The position numbers were made by a program, and so were the translations under genes. The notes below the pieces were generated by a model, which saw only the letters and a list, made by a program, of their open reading frames with translations, had not been told where the DNA came from and made no database searches. Source: Bryobacteraceae bacterium (GTDB lineage Bacteria > Acidobacteriota > Terriglobia > Bryobacterales > Bryobacteraceae). Taken from it: DNA of 64,000 nt. The first letter of the stretch is position 1, and every line of letters begins with the position of its first letter. Of this stretch, positions 1 to 8,329 are shown one piece after another. The stretch covers positions 25,665 through 89,664 of the forward strand of contig CAXNGH010000005.1 in assembly GCA_964201715.1 (NCBI GenBank), read 5' to 3'.

Positions 1-987
1 ATCCAAACGTCCAATCGCCTTTACGTTCTTGTTGTGATATGGCAACTGATGCAGAATGTATCGCATCGCGTTAATCCGCGCCCGCTTTTTGCAGTCCGAC
101 TTCACTACCGTCCACGGCGCCTCTTCCGTATCTGTGTAAAAGAACATTGCCTCCTTCGCCTCCGTATACTCTTCCCACTTTTCGAGCGAAGCCAAGTCAA
201 TCGGTGATAACTTCCATTGCTTCAACGGATGCGCCTCCCGCTCTTGAAACCTTCGGCGCTGCTCCTCCTGACTTACCGAGAACCAAAGCTTAAACAGGTG
301 GATCCCGCTCCGCACTAGGTTCCGTTCAAACTCGGGCGCCTGCCGTACAAACTCCTGGTATTCGTGGTCGGAGCAGAACCCCATCACCCGTTCCACCCCC
401 GCCCGGTTGTACCACGATCGGTCAAACAGCACGATCTCCCCCGCCGTCGGCAAATGCTGTATGTAGCGTTGCAGATACCACTGTCCCCGCTCACTCTCGC
501 TCGGCTTGTCCAACGCTACCACTCGCGCGCCGCGCGGATTCAAATGCTCCATGAACCGCCGAATCGTGCCGCCTTTACCCGCCGCGTCTCTCCCTTCAAA
601 AATAATCACCACCCGCTGACCCGTTGCCCTCACCCAGGCCTGTAGCTTCAGCAACTCCACCTGCACTTGATACTTGTTCCGCTCGTAGTTCTTCCGCGAC
701 ATCCGATTCTTGTACGGATACGCCCCGTCTAGCCAATCCTCGGCCAACTCATCGTCCGGGTCAGAATCCTCCGGCGCCTCCTCGGTCCCCCGCTGCCGAA
801 GCGCCTTCCGTAGCGTCTGCACCTCGTCCGGCGAAGCGCCCTTCAGAATGGCTTCAATCTGCTCCTGCTTGGCGGTCGTGGCAATATCTTCGATCGCCAC
901 CGCCTTCGCTTCCAAAACCGAAGCAACTGTCTCGTTCACGCGCTTGGCCGCCACGCTGCGGCTCTTTCGGGGAGTTCTGATTGCCAT
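1..987 (-). CDS. ppk2: Polyphosphate kinase 2 (PPK2), 3' end cut by the window edge
   Basis: Not in the ORF track because it runs off the left edge. The reverse strand is stop-free from ATG (comp. 985-987): MAIRTPRKS...YKNRMSRKNYERNKYQVQVELLKLQAWVRATGQRVVIIFEGRDAAGKGGTIRRFMEHLNPRGARVVALDKPSESERGQWYLQRY...FDRSWYNRAGVERVMGF. The P-loop GRDAAGKGG plus the DRSWYNR block are the PPK2 signature. Confidence 0.85.
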   Translation of the reverse strand, partial: MAIRTPRKSRSVAAKRVNETVASVLEAKAVAIEDIATTAKQEQIEAILKGASPDEVQTLRKALRQRGTEEAPEDSDPDDELAEDWLDGAYPYKNRMSRKNYERNKYQVQVELLKLQAWVRATGQRVVIIFEGRDAAGKGGTIRRFMEHLNPRGARVVALDKPSESERGQWYLQRYIQHLPTAGEIVLFDRSWYNRAGVERVMGFCSDHEYQEFVRQAPEFERNLVRSGIHLFKLWFSVSQEEQRRRFQEREAHPLKQWKLSPIDLASLEKWEEYTEAKEAMFFYTDTEEAPWTVVKSDCKKRARINAMRYILHQLPYHNKNVKAIGRLD

Positions 988-1037
988 AAAGATTCTAGGA
1001 GTTGTGCGCCGGTCTTGGTGTCGAAAATCAACGAGGA

Positions 1038-3049
1038 CTAAGCAGGAATCGCTACCTCCAGCGTACTACCGTTCCGCACCCGCGCCGCCCCTCCCTCTTT
1101 GGCATGAATCACTAACAATCCCCCGCCCACATGCACCGGCCGATCCCCGTCCAAGTAGACATGGGCCCCCGCTGCCCGTAAAGCCTCTCGCTCAACCGCT
1201 CGCCATCGCAGTAACCCAGCTTCCCTTGGAACATCACCTTTCGCCCCTTATCCAGCAACTCCGTTTTGATCCATCGCCGTTGTGCCGAACTCATTAGCTA
1301 GGTATTCGCAAATACGATCACCGCAAACCTTCCCAATTCCATCTGCGGCAAGTCAGCTAGATGCGCCGTCTCAATTCCCGCCCCACTCCGCCATGCCTCG
1401 CCCAACGTCCGGTTCACGGCCACAGGGTTTGTATACGGGTCCGTCTCCCCGGAATGCCCCGTGTCGTAATAGACCTCCGAAACAGGACATCCCCCGCTGG
1501 CTCGTATGACCGCTGATGATACTGCTCGAGCAACGCCTTCAATCGCGTAATCTCCGCCATCAACCGCTTATCCATCCACGATCCCGTCTGGTTCGCCGGC
1601 CCGAAGTCCTAGATCCACAGCCCCGTCCCCCGCGTGTAGCTTTCAAGCACGTTCCGCCGAATCACCGCTACATCCGCCGCCACATCCGTCAACGAAAACG
1701 CGGTGTCGACGCTATCCGGCCATTTCCAGGACGGCGTCTGGTCCATATCATCCAAGAACAAATTCCCGTGTAGCCGAATCGACTCAATCAACGCCCGAGT
1801 AATCTCCGATCCCCCCAAGTCCCGATAGTTCGCCCCGCAAGCCTGCGGCGCGCTTAAATAGTCGATCTCCTACGCCGCCAGTATCCTCTGTAACCTCAAA
1901 GTGTCCCCCGTCGCCTGCCGCGCAAACATCGAAAAGAAGGGTTCCTCGCTGTTTGGTGTGGGTAGAACCGCCCGTCCGGTTACAGCATCGACGGTCGGAG
2001 CCCGTCCAATAGTCCAAGCAGGCGACCGTGGAAATGACGCGCCGTGGAAAGCGAGGAAAACCAACTTCAGGTTTTCCCTCCCTTCCCACCGCCCTTGGAA
2101 ATCGCGTTTAGGCGCGATTTCCATATTTCCACCGTCGCGCCGACGATTCGGCGACGGCGCGCTCAACTCCGAACAAGCCCGCCCCGCAGTCCATGCTTCC
2201 TTCATCGACCCGAAAGCCCCTCCGACTCAGCGCTTTTTCGCTACCCACACCAAACAGCGAGGAGGCAAAAGAAGTAACCATCCCGCAAAAGTGAATAATC
2301 AAATGCGTCACCATCTCCTGCTGGCAGCGCTACTAAGCAATCACGTTCTTCCGTTTCTCCGAATCCCGAAAAATCCTATCGTCCACCGCCGCCCGCTCCG
2401 CTACTGTCGGCACCGGCCCCCCGAACCGCTTTTGCATCGGCGCGCTCATGTCGGGTTCGTTTCGCATAAATCCCCGCTAGTGCCACTCCCCGTAGACCCC
2501 ACACGCCACATGGATCCCTGCCAACGCCGCCCCCTCCGGCGTCTTCGCTAACCCCTGCGGAAGCTCCGCTGTCTTCGCCGTCGCCATCGCCTTTCATTTC
2601 GCTGACGCCAGGCTCACCCGCGGCGTCCGCCGCGGGTGAGCCATCAATACGCGAACCGGCTTCGTCCGCTCAATCTTTTCGCAATCGCCGTTGGCATATC
2701 GCACGAGCTCTTCCGGATGCGCCGCCGCCCACCATCCCGGCGCGTTCAAGTGCCGCCGAATCACGATCGCGGCCTCCGGGCAAGCGTCCAATACCCCTCT
2801 CGCAAATGTCGCCGCACGGTCGCCAAATCCAGCGGCCCTTCCTTCGCCCACACCAGTTCCAGGAATAAATCAATCTGCAACAATCGAAACCCTGCGGCCG
2901 CAAAGGCCCACAAGTTCCGTTGTGGCTCCTCCTCCCACATCCACCGCCTCCCCCGGGCAATCCGTCAGCGCGTAAAAGCACGCATAAGTCGGCTTCCCGA
3001 TCATAAACAGTGTCGGCTTACTGTTCCAAGCCCTAACCCTGGCCTCCAT
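1038..3049 (-). pseudogene. Decayed glycoside-hydrolase gene (GH42-like beta-galactosidase family), ~560 codons once the MITE is removed
   Basis: Minus-strand fragments chain into one gene: MEARV...RRHLNAPGWWAAAHPEELVRYANGD (cf. GH42 TPPxWLxxxYPEILxVDxxG), GIHVACGVYGEWH, GLWI*DFGPANQTGSW (cf. FWVMEQQPGPVNW), CPVSEVYYDTGH, FAVIVFANT*LMSSAQRRWIKTELLDKGRKVMFQG (GATase-like middle-domain pattern). It is interrupted by in-frame TGA (2870-2872, 2594-2596) and in-frame TAG (2477-2479, 1870-1872, 1609-1611, 1298-1300). There are also 1-nt deficits at homopolymers (plus-strand A5 2369-2373, C5 1491-1495, C5 1166-1170) and the MITE at 1941-2265. The family call rests on remembered motifs only. Confidence 0.5.
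1941..2265. mobile_element. MITE-like non-autonomous element, copy 1 (325 bp)
   Basis: Perfect 23-bp terminal inverted repeats: TCCTCGCTGTTTGGTGTGGGTAG (1943-1965) and its reverse complement (2241-2263). Flanks are GAAAAGAAGG (1931-1940) and CAAAAGAAGT (2266-2275), identical at 8/10. It has no ORF with protein-like composition. It shares its termini and a ~109-nt core with the copy at 8330-8684. Confidence 0.7.
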
Positions 3050-3129
3050 CGGCCGACCACCCGCTGCCGCCAGTACCGACAGCCCGCAGGACTATGAAAA
3101 AGGGCGTCGATTCCACATCGCCATCCAGT

Positions 3130-4338
3130 CTACCCGCCCAACGACAACCCATGCGCAATCGATGTGAATTCGTTCCCCGACTCAATCCGCTCCGCCCCAA
3201 ATCGCTCTTCAAAAATCCGCCGCACCGCCGGCACAAACGACGTCCCCCCTGTCAAAAACACCCGGTCCACTCGCGTCGCCCCCAGCCGATCCACACACCC
3301 CGCAATTGCCCGTAAGTCCTCCCCAATCCACTCTTCAAAATCCGCCCGCCGCACCGTCGCCCCAATATCGACGCTTCCTTCGGTAAACCGAAACTCCGCC
3401 GCGTCCTCGCTCGAAAGCGTCCGCTTCGTCCGCTGCACCGCCTGATGCAGCCGATATCCCAAGTCCTCATTCACCAAGTCGTACAGCGCTTGTAGCTTCT
3501 CCGGCTCCTCCCCCTGCCCCGGCAGCGTCTTCAACAAATGCAGCGTCTCCCTGGTCCGCAAAAACGACAAATAGTGCCACCGCTCCAAATTCGCATACAA
3601 CCACACCGGCACCGGCAACCGTTTCCCCATCGATCCAATCACCGATCCCAACCCCAACTCCGGCGACACCACCTGCCGAATCAACCGCGCATCAAAACTA
3701 TCCCCCGCCACGCCCACCCCGCCGTTGCCCAATAACTCCCGCTGCCCCGGCCCCACCCGTAACAACGAAAAATCGCTCGTACCCCCACCAAAATCCCCCA
3801 CCAGCAATACTTCTTCCTTGCTCAGCCGAGCCGCATAAAACGCCGCCGCCGCCACCGGCTCCATCTCAAACTCCACCTCGTCAAACCCTGCTAATGCCAA
3901 CGCCTTCCCCAACCGTTCTACCGCGTAGGCATCGTCCGCCGCCGTCTCCGCCCCTACAAATCGAACTGGCCGTCCCACCCGCACCCGCTTCACCTCCACC
4001 CCGAACTGCCGCTCAGCCTCCCCCCGTAAATCCCGCAGCAAAAGTGCGATCAAATCCTCAATCGTGTAATGCCGCCCCAATACCTCCGTCGACCGCAAAC
4101 TCTTACTCGCCAAAAACGATTTCAGCGACTGAATCAACCGTCCCTTGGCGTCCGCATCTAGATACTGTGTAATCGCCTCCGGACCCGTCCACCACTGCGC
4201 CCGCGCCGCCTTCCGCGACTCCGCATACAAAATGGATCGGTAGCTCGCCGATCCATCCGGAAACTGCGCCAGCCGAACCTGGCCCTCCACCGCCATCGCG
4301 ATTGAGCAATTGGTTGTCCCGAAATCGAGTCCAACCAT
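3130..4338 (-). CDS. Hsp70-family (actin-like ATPase) protein, YegD/HscC-like
   Basis: 402 aa. N-terminal phosphate-1 motif MVGLDFGTTNCSIA, DFGGGTSDFSLL (phosphate-2) and LTGGTSFVPAVRRIF (adenosine motif). Confidence 0.85.
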   Translation of the reverse strand: MVGLDFGTTNCSIAMAVEGQVRLAQFPDGSASYRSILYAESRKAARAQWWTGPEAITQYLDADAKGRLIQSLKSFLASKSLRSTEVLGRHYTIEDLIALLLRDLRGEAERQFGVEVKRVRVGRPVRFVGAETAADDAYAVERLGKALALAGFDEVEFEMEPVAAAAFYAARLSKEEVLLVGDFGGGTSDFSLLRVGPGQRELLGNGGVGVAGDSFDARLIRQVVSPELGLGSVIGSMGKRLPVPVWLYANLERWHYLSFLRTRETLHLLKTLPGQGEEPEKLQALYDLVNEDLGYRLHQAVQRTKRTLSSEDAAEFRFTEGSVDIGATVRRADFEEWIGEDLRAIAGCVDRLGATRVDRVFLTGGTSFVPAVRRIFEERFGAERIESGNEFTSIAHGLSLGG

Positions 4339-5471
4339 TACTGGGTTAACTTCACTCCATGCGACAACTTTTCAATCCCGTCCGGATTCCAGGCAAATCC
4401 ATAACCCGGCCCTTCAGGAACCTGTATGTATCCCTCGCCGTCAAGCACCGGCCGCGTCAAAAAGACTTCATCCAAATAAGGTTCCGGCGTCAAATACTCT
4501 ACCCACCGACCATTCCCGGCCGCCGCCGTCAAATGCAGATCCGCCGCCAACCCAACGCCCGTATTCCACCCATGCGGCACCACCAAAATATTGTGGTCGT
4601 CCGCGTACTGCCCAATCCGGTGCTGCTCGGTCAACCCGCCCACTTTCGTCACGTCCGGCTGCAGATAGTCCACCGCCCGCCGCTCAATCCACGGCAAAAA
4701 CGATTGCCGCCGCGTCAACACTTCACCCGCGGCAATCGGCAGCCGCGACTGCCGCGTCAGCTCCACATAGCCCTCTAAATCATCCGGCCGCAGCGGCTCT
4801 TCGAACCAAGTGACTTCGTACGCGGCCAACATCTCCGCCGTAGTTACTGCCCACTTATACCCATGCGGCCACAATGCGTCCGATCCCCCCGCGTCCACCA
4901 TCAACTCGCAATCGTCCCCCACCGCCTCCCGCGATTCCCGCACAATCGCTTCGTCCACCTTCGCGTTCTGCCGCCCAAACGGTCCCCACCCAATCTTGAA
5001 CGCCCGAAACCCTCGCCCTTGCGCCGCCTGCAGCTTGTCCTTCATCTTCCCCGGTTCTTCCATCAACATCGATGCATATGGCTTCACCCGGCTCCGCAAC
5101 TTCCCGCCCAGCAATCGGTGAATGGGCTGCCCGGTCACTTGTCCCAGCAGGTCCCAAAGCGCCATATCGATCCCCGAAATGGCATGGGTCACGCTCCCGC
5201 CCCGCCCTTGCCAAAACGTATTCTGATGCAGCATCTCCGTCGTCGCCGCAGGGTCAATCGCCGACGCGCCTTCGTACAGAGGCCGCAGCAAATCCAGCGC
5301 CGCCTGCACCAAACCTGCCGAAGTGTAGACGCTCCCCAGCGCCGTCAACCCCGTATCGGTCACCACCTCCACCAAGGTCCGCGTCTGTTCCAAGTCCGAA
5401 AACCGCGACGGCCAATCCGCGTAGGCTTTCCCGAACAGGGGAATCGCCCGAATCAATCGAATCCGATGCAT
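4338..5471 (-). CDS. Enolase-superfamily enzyme (mandelate racemase/muconate lactonizing, sugar-acid dehydratase-like)
   Basis: Track ORF 4338-5540. The likely start is the ATG at comp. 5469-5471 (MHRIRLIRAIPLF...). Motifs: FKIGWGPFG, ELMVDAGG, WFEEPL, IAAGEV, DYLQPDVTKVGGLTE. Its stop overlaps the start of the Hsp70-like gene by 1 nt. Confidence 0.85.
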   Translation of the reverse strand: MHRIRLIRAIPLFGKAYADWPSRFSDLEQTRTLVEVVTDTGLTALGSVYTSAGLVQAALDLLRPLYEGASAIDPAATTEMLHQNTFWQGRGGSVTHAISGIDMALWDLLGQVTGQPIHRLLGGKLRSRVKPYASMLMEEPGKMKDKLQAAQGRGFRAFKIGWGPFGRQNAKVDEAIVRESREAVGDDCELMVDAGGSDALWPHGYKWAVTTAEMLAAYEVTWFEEPLRPDDLEGYVELTRQSRLPIAAGEVLTRRQSFLPWIERRAVDYLQPDVTKVGGLTEQHRIGQYADDHNILVVPHGWNTGVGLAADLHLTAAAGNGRWVEYLTPEPYLDEVFLTRPVLDGEGYIQVPEGPGYGFAWNPDGIEKLSHGVKLTQ

Positions 5472-5479
5472 ATCTTTAA

Positions 5480-6075
5480 TTATCTCTGATAACTCGGGTT
5501 CAGCACTTTTCGCGCCGTCTCCGCCCCGCGCACCGGCCAACTCTCATCGGTCAACAACCCAATCTGCTTCAGTATCAATGCCTGGTCCCAATCGATATGT
5601 TCGCGCGCCAGTGTCCCGTCTCGAAGCGTAACAATCGCCACCAGCGGCACCTCCACCCGTCTCCCGGTCGGCCCCCCGGCAGCATCCATGGCATCTCCTG
5701 CTTATGGTTAAAGGAATAGATCATCGCGGCCACCAACTGGTCTTCTCCCACCGTTCTCCAAACCGGCGTCTCCATCGTGTGCGGAGGCATGTTTGGAACG
5801 AACCGCTCGGTCGAAAACTCCGCCAACGCCGGCTTCCCATAGCCGCCCGTCAACACCGGGATATGGTTCCCGCAGGCGTCCTTCACCATCGTCTCCCAAG
5901 TCGCCGCCGGTTCCCGCGTCGCAAACTCATGTGCCGTATGTTCTTCCCACAGCCGAACCAATTCGTCTTTTGTTATGCAGACGCTAATGTCAACATGGTC
6001 ACCCGAGTAAACCATCAGCTTCTTCTGACGCGCCGTCGATACCGCGTCCGTCGCAATCGTCATGTGTCCAAACAT
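5480..6075 (-). pseudogene. SnoaL-like/NTF2-fold protein split by a frameshift in a homopolymer
   Basis: ORFs 5575-6168 (...FNHKQEMPWMLPGG) and 5480-5689 (PTGRRVEVPLVAIVTLRDGTLAREHIDWDQALILKQIGLL) are the two halves of one NTF2-like protein. The frames meet at the plus-strand C6 run at 5672-5677 (G6 on the coding strand). One extra G would fuse them as MPWMLPGGPTGRRVEVPLV. Confidence 0.6.
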
Positions 6076-7132
6076 TCCGATTATTGTGTTGTGCGATTCC
6101 AACTCCTCCCCGTGCAACTCCGCCTCCCGCCCGCTCTCCGCCGGCGACCTCCCCAGCGCCGAGTCCATTCTCGAAGTCCATGAACGCGAGATAGGCTGCG
6201 ATACCGCCTATCTCGACGGCCTCGTCTGGGACACCCGTGGTACCGTCCTCCTCGATAGCTCCGCACCGGCATCGACCCCGCCAAGGACAACTCTTCTCGT
6301 CGCCCTCGGAGCCCAAATCAAAGTTCAAGCCCACGTCCTTGGCCATGCCGAAGGTCGCAAACCGGCCGTCGCTTATCTCGATGTCGAACTCGTTGGTTTC
6401 GCTCAACCCGTCGCTCTGCGCTCCCGTCTCTACAAACGCCGCAACCAACTCACCCTCGTTTGCGCCCCTGCCCCGGCCATCGTCCTCGAAGAATCCCTCA
6501 CCCCGAACCCGCCGACCCGTTCCCGCCTACGTGGCAAGCCCATCCTCATCTTCGGCTGGGCCCAATGGTGCGGCGATTGCCGTTCCCAGGTCGCCGCCCG
6601 CGGCCTCATCAGAGCCAAGTACACCGACAAAGTTTCCATCGTCGCCCTAGCCCGCTGCTACGAAACCGACAAAACCCTCGAAAAGGCCCTCATCAAGAAG
6701 GCATGGGCCGAATTCGATCAGCCTTTCCAAGGCGCTCCCGTGCTTATCCCCCCCGCCGCGATGGAGCGATACGGCGTCTCCAGCACCCCCACCTTCATTC
6801 TCCTCGATAAGGACGGCAAAGTAACCCACTACCTCCCCTGCCGCCTCACCGAAGCCGCTCTCGAAAAGCTACTCGGGGCTCTGCCTTGCCAAATAACCGG
6901 GACCGCGTACTTGGGGATCGGAGCGTCTTTCGTTACGACGGTGAACCCACCGCTTTCGCCTGCGCTTCGAAGATTCGATCAAACGGATCTTTGTGAATCC
7001 CAGGAAGGTCACCCAATTCCAGCGCATCAAACAGGCCAATTGGCAAGAAGCTCGAAACCCCAATTAGCCGCAACTGCTCGGGGAGCTCGCCTCGCTTCAT
7101 TCCCAATCCCAGCTTGCCGGATTGGACCTTGA
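6062..7132 (+). CDS. Thioredoxin-fold TlpA/redoxin-like protein (WCGDC active site); N-terminal ~140 aa and 3' tail uncertain
   Basis: RLRGKPILIFGWAQWCGDCRSQ...YGVSSTPTFILLDKDGKV is a TlpA/ResA-type thioredoxin domain. C-ending codons fit a plus-strand gene in this region. There is no signal peptide and no internal start. The last ~260 nt overlap the antisense of the vapC remnant and look non-native. Confidence 0.55.
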   Translation: MCPNIPIIVLCDSNSSPCNSASRPLSAGDLPSAESILEVHEREIGCDTAYLDGLVWDTRGTVLLDSSAPASTPPRTTLLVALGAQIKVQAHVLGHAEGRKPAVAYLDVELVGFAQPVALRSRLYKRRNQLTLVCAPAPAIVLEESLTPNPPTRSRLRGKPILIFGWAQWCGDCRSQVAARGLIRAKYTDKVSIVALARCYETDKTLEKALIKKAWAEFDQPFQGAPVLIPPAAMERYGVSSTPTFILLDKDGKVTHYLPCRLTEAALEKLLGALPCQITGTAYLGIGASFVTTVNPPLSPALRRFDQTDLCESQEGHPIPAHQTGQLARSSKPQLAATARGARLASFPIPACRIGP

Positions 7133-7278
7133 TCGTGATCTTCCAAATGGGTACGACGCTTGCGAAGCGTTCATTCCTCTCGTCGAGTATGGCGCTTTTG
7201 GCGCGCTCTGAGAGTAAGTTCGGACGGTCAATCGGCCAGAGGAGTACGTGGTGTATCGAAACAGCTGAAAGGAGTCAT
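6860..7278 (-). pseudogene. vapC: PIN-domain toxin VapC remnant (at least 2 frameshifts)
   Basis: From ATG at comp. 7276-7278: MTPFSCFDT / HVLLWPIDRPNLLSERAKSAILDERNERFASVVPIWKITIKVQSGKLGLG...LPIGLFDALELGDLPGIHKDPFDRIFEAQAKA / GFTVVTKDAPIPKYAVPVIW. These match the classic VapC blocks (LLDTHxLLW, IWEIxIK..GKL, H.DPFDR...AQA, LVT.D). The blocks lie in three different frames, with shifts near 7250 and 6946. Confidence 0.6.
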
Positions 7279-7289
7279 GGGTGACCGAA

Positions 7290-7624
7290 TTAGGCCAAAA
7301 TCGTGATAAGCGGCTTTGAAAGCAAAACATTTGCGTCGGTGCCACTCTCTGTTTGCGGTTGAGGTTGGCTATTGGATTCGGTTATCGGGTTGTTCTGCTG
7401 TCCAAGGTCGTATTCGTTGACTAGATTTAGCTCTGGCGGAATAAAGTCATCGCGCAACGGAAGGGGGCCGTCGAAGGGCTCAAAAAACCGCCGAATGCTG
7501 GGGTAGTCTTGTCTTGTGTCTCGGGTAACTTTGCTCAAAACGTGTCTTGAGAGGAGCATCTGAGGGCATCGGAGTAATCGAGTCGCTCTCGGACGAACCT
7601 CGTTCTTTTGAATTTGGCGATCAT
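7290..7624 (-). pseudogene. Possible cognate antitoxin remnant upstream of vapC
   Basis: ORF 7290-7559 ends 11 nt before the vapC ATG and contains ...PLPLRDDFIPPELNLV, reminiscent of the DDFDxPLPEE tail of Phd-type VapB antitoxins. A possible N-terminus (MIAKFKRTRFVRERLDYSDA) from comp. 7622-7624 is in another frame. This is a weak call. Confidence 0.3.
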
Positions 7625-7813
7625 CCCGCCGGTAGCGGGTTGATCGGGCTCCCGATCGGGGGAGATCCGCCGTAGAAAGATCAGAAACTTTTCCCCCGCA
7701 GAGTTCGGTGCTGGAGCACAGAAAGGCAGCAAAAGGGGGATCAGGAACAGAAAGGCGCGCTGAAGCATGCGCGGATTATCTCAACACCTCCAGAGTGCGA
7801 TATTATCCAAGCC

Positions 7814-8230
7814 ATGAGTTTTCGTTCGATTTTTGCTGGCATCGCCTTCGCCGCGCTCCTGGCCATTTTACCCGCCACCGCTTTCGGGCAAGATGTCACC
7901 GGACGCTGGACCGGTTCCGCCGAATGGACCGACGGCGGCGGTACCAAGCGCACGCAGAATTCCACGATCGAGATCAAACTCGAAGCGGGAAAGGTAGTGG
8001 CCCATTCGGTCAATCCCGAAGGGAAGCAGGGTGCGGAATTAAAGATCAACGTCGATGGCGGCAACGTGAATGTCTACCGCTATCTCACGCTCGACGACGG
8101 CGAGCATCTGCGCTGGAAGCTAGAGTTGAAAGGCGGCAAACTCGTCGGCTCTTTCTCTGCCCAACATGATCGCCCCAATAAATGGATGTACGATCGCCTA
8201 CTGGATTTCACGATGACCAAGGTCCCATAG
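7814..8230 (+). CDS. Small secreted protein, unknown function
   Basis: 138 aa with a clear signal peptide (MSFRSIFAGIAFAALLAILPATAFGQ). The mature part has beta-rich repeats (GRWTGS...IEIKLEAGKV...LELKGGKLVGSF). Confidence 0.7.
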   Translation: MSFRSIFAGIAFAALLAILPATAFGQDVTGRWTGSAEWTDGGGTKRTQNSTIEIKLEAGKVVAHSVNPEGKQGAELKINVDGGNVNVYRYLTLDDGEHLRWKLELKGGKLVGSFSAQHDRPNKWMYDRLLDFTMTKVP

Positions 8231-8329
8231 ATCGGCCTCACCGAGCACACCCGTCAAATATGCGTCGGGTCAATGCCCACTCGATCGCCCCAACGACCGG
8301 TTGCACCAACCACCGATAGCCATTTATCG

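Noticed and set aside
2870-2872. In-frame TGA as a possible selenocysteine codon, and the run of in-frame TAGs as possible stop-codon reassignment (alternative genetic code or pyrrolysine)
   Set aside because: TAG and TGA both terminate the well-conserved genes in this window (hsp70-like, gdh, mutS, mreB and pdxT end in TAG; hisB and hisH end in TGA). There is no CxxU context or obvious SECIS hairpin after the TGA. The same gene also carries three frameshifts and a MITE, so ordinary pseudogenisation explains everything.
5999-6448. 149-aa minus-strand ORF with a plausible acidic composition (VETGAQSDGLSETNEFDIEISDG...)
   Set aside because: Its codons are exactly the reverse complements of the plus-strand TlpA-like ORF codons. 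The G/A/V/D/E richness is what C-ending plus-strand codons generate in that antisense frame, the same look as the shadow ORF 10182-10952. It would also overlap the SnoaL-like gene start.
7535-7768. 77-aa minus-strand ORF with a signal-peptide-like start (MLQRAFLFLIPLLLPFCAPA)
   Set aside because: It overlaps the promoter region of the 7814 gene, has no recognisable mature domain, and only its 3' end (MIAKFKRTRF...) looks like part of the antitoxin remnant. I treated it as non-coding apart from that.
7100-7810. AT-richer non-coding-looking stretch (and 32800-33120) as a possible oriC to explain the skew flip
   Set aside because: Both lie well inside regions of constant skew sign (C-rich on both sides at 7 kb, G-rich on both sides at 33 kb). 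Only isolated 7/9 matches to TTATCCACA were seen (for example TTATCCAAG at 7803-7811), with no box cluster. The 7-kb stretch is explained by the vapBC remnant.
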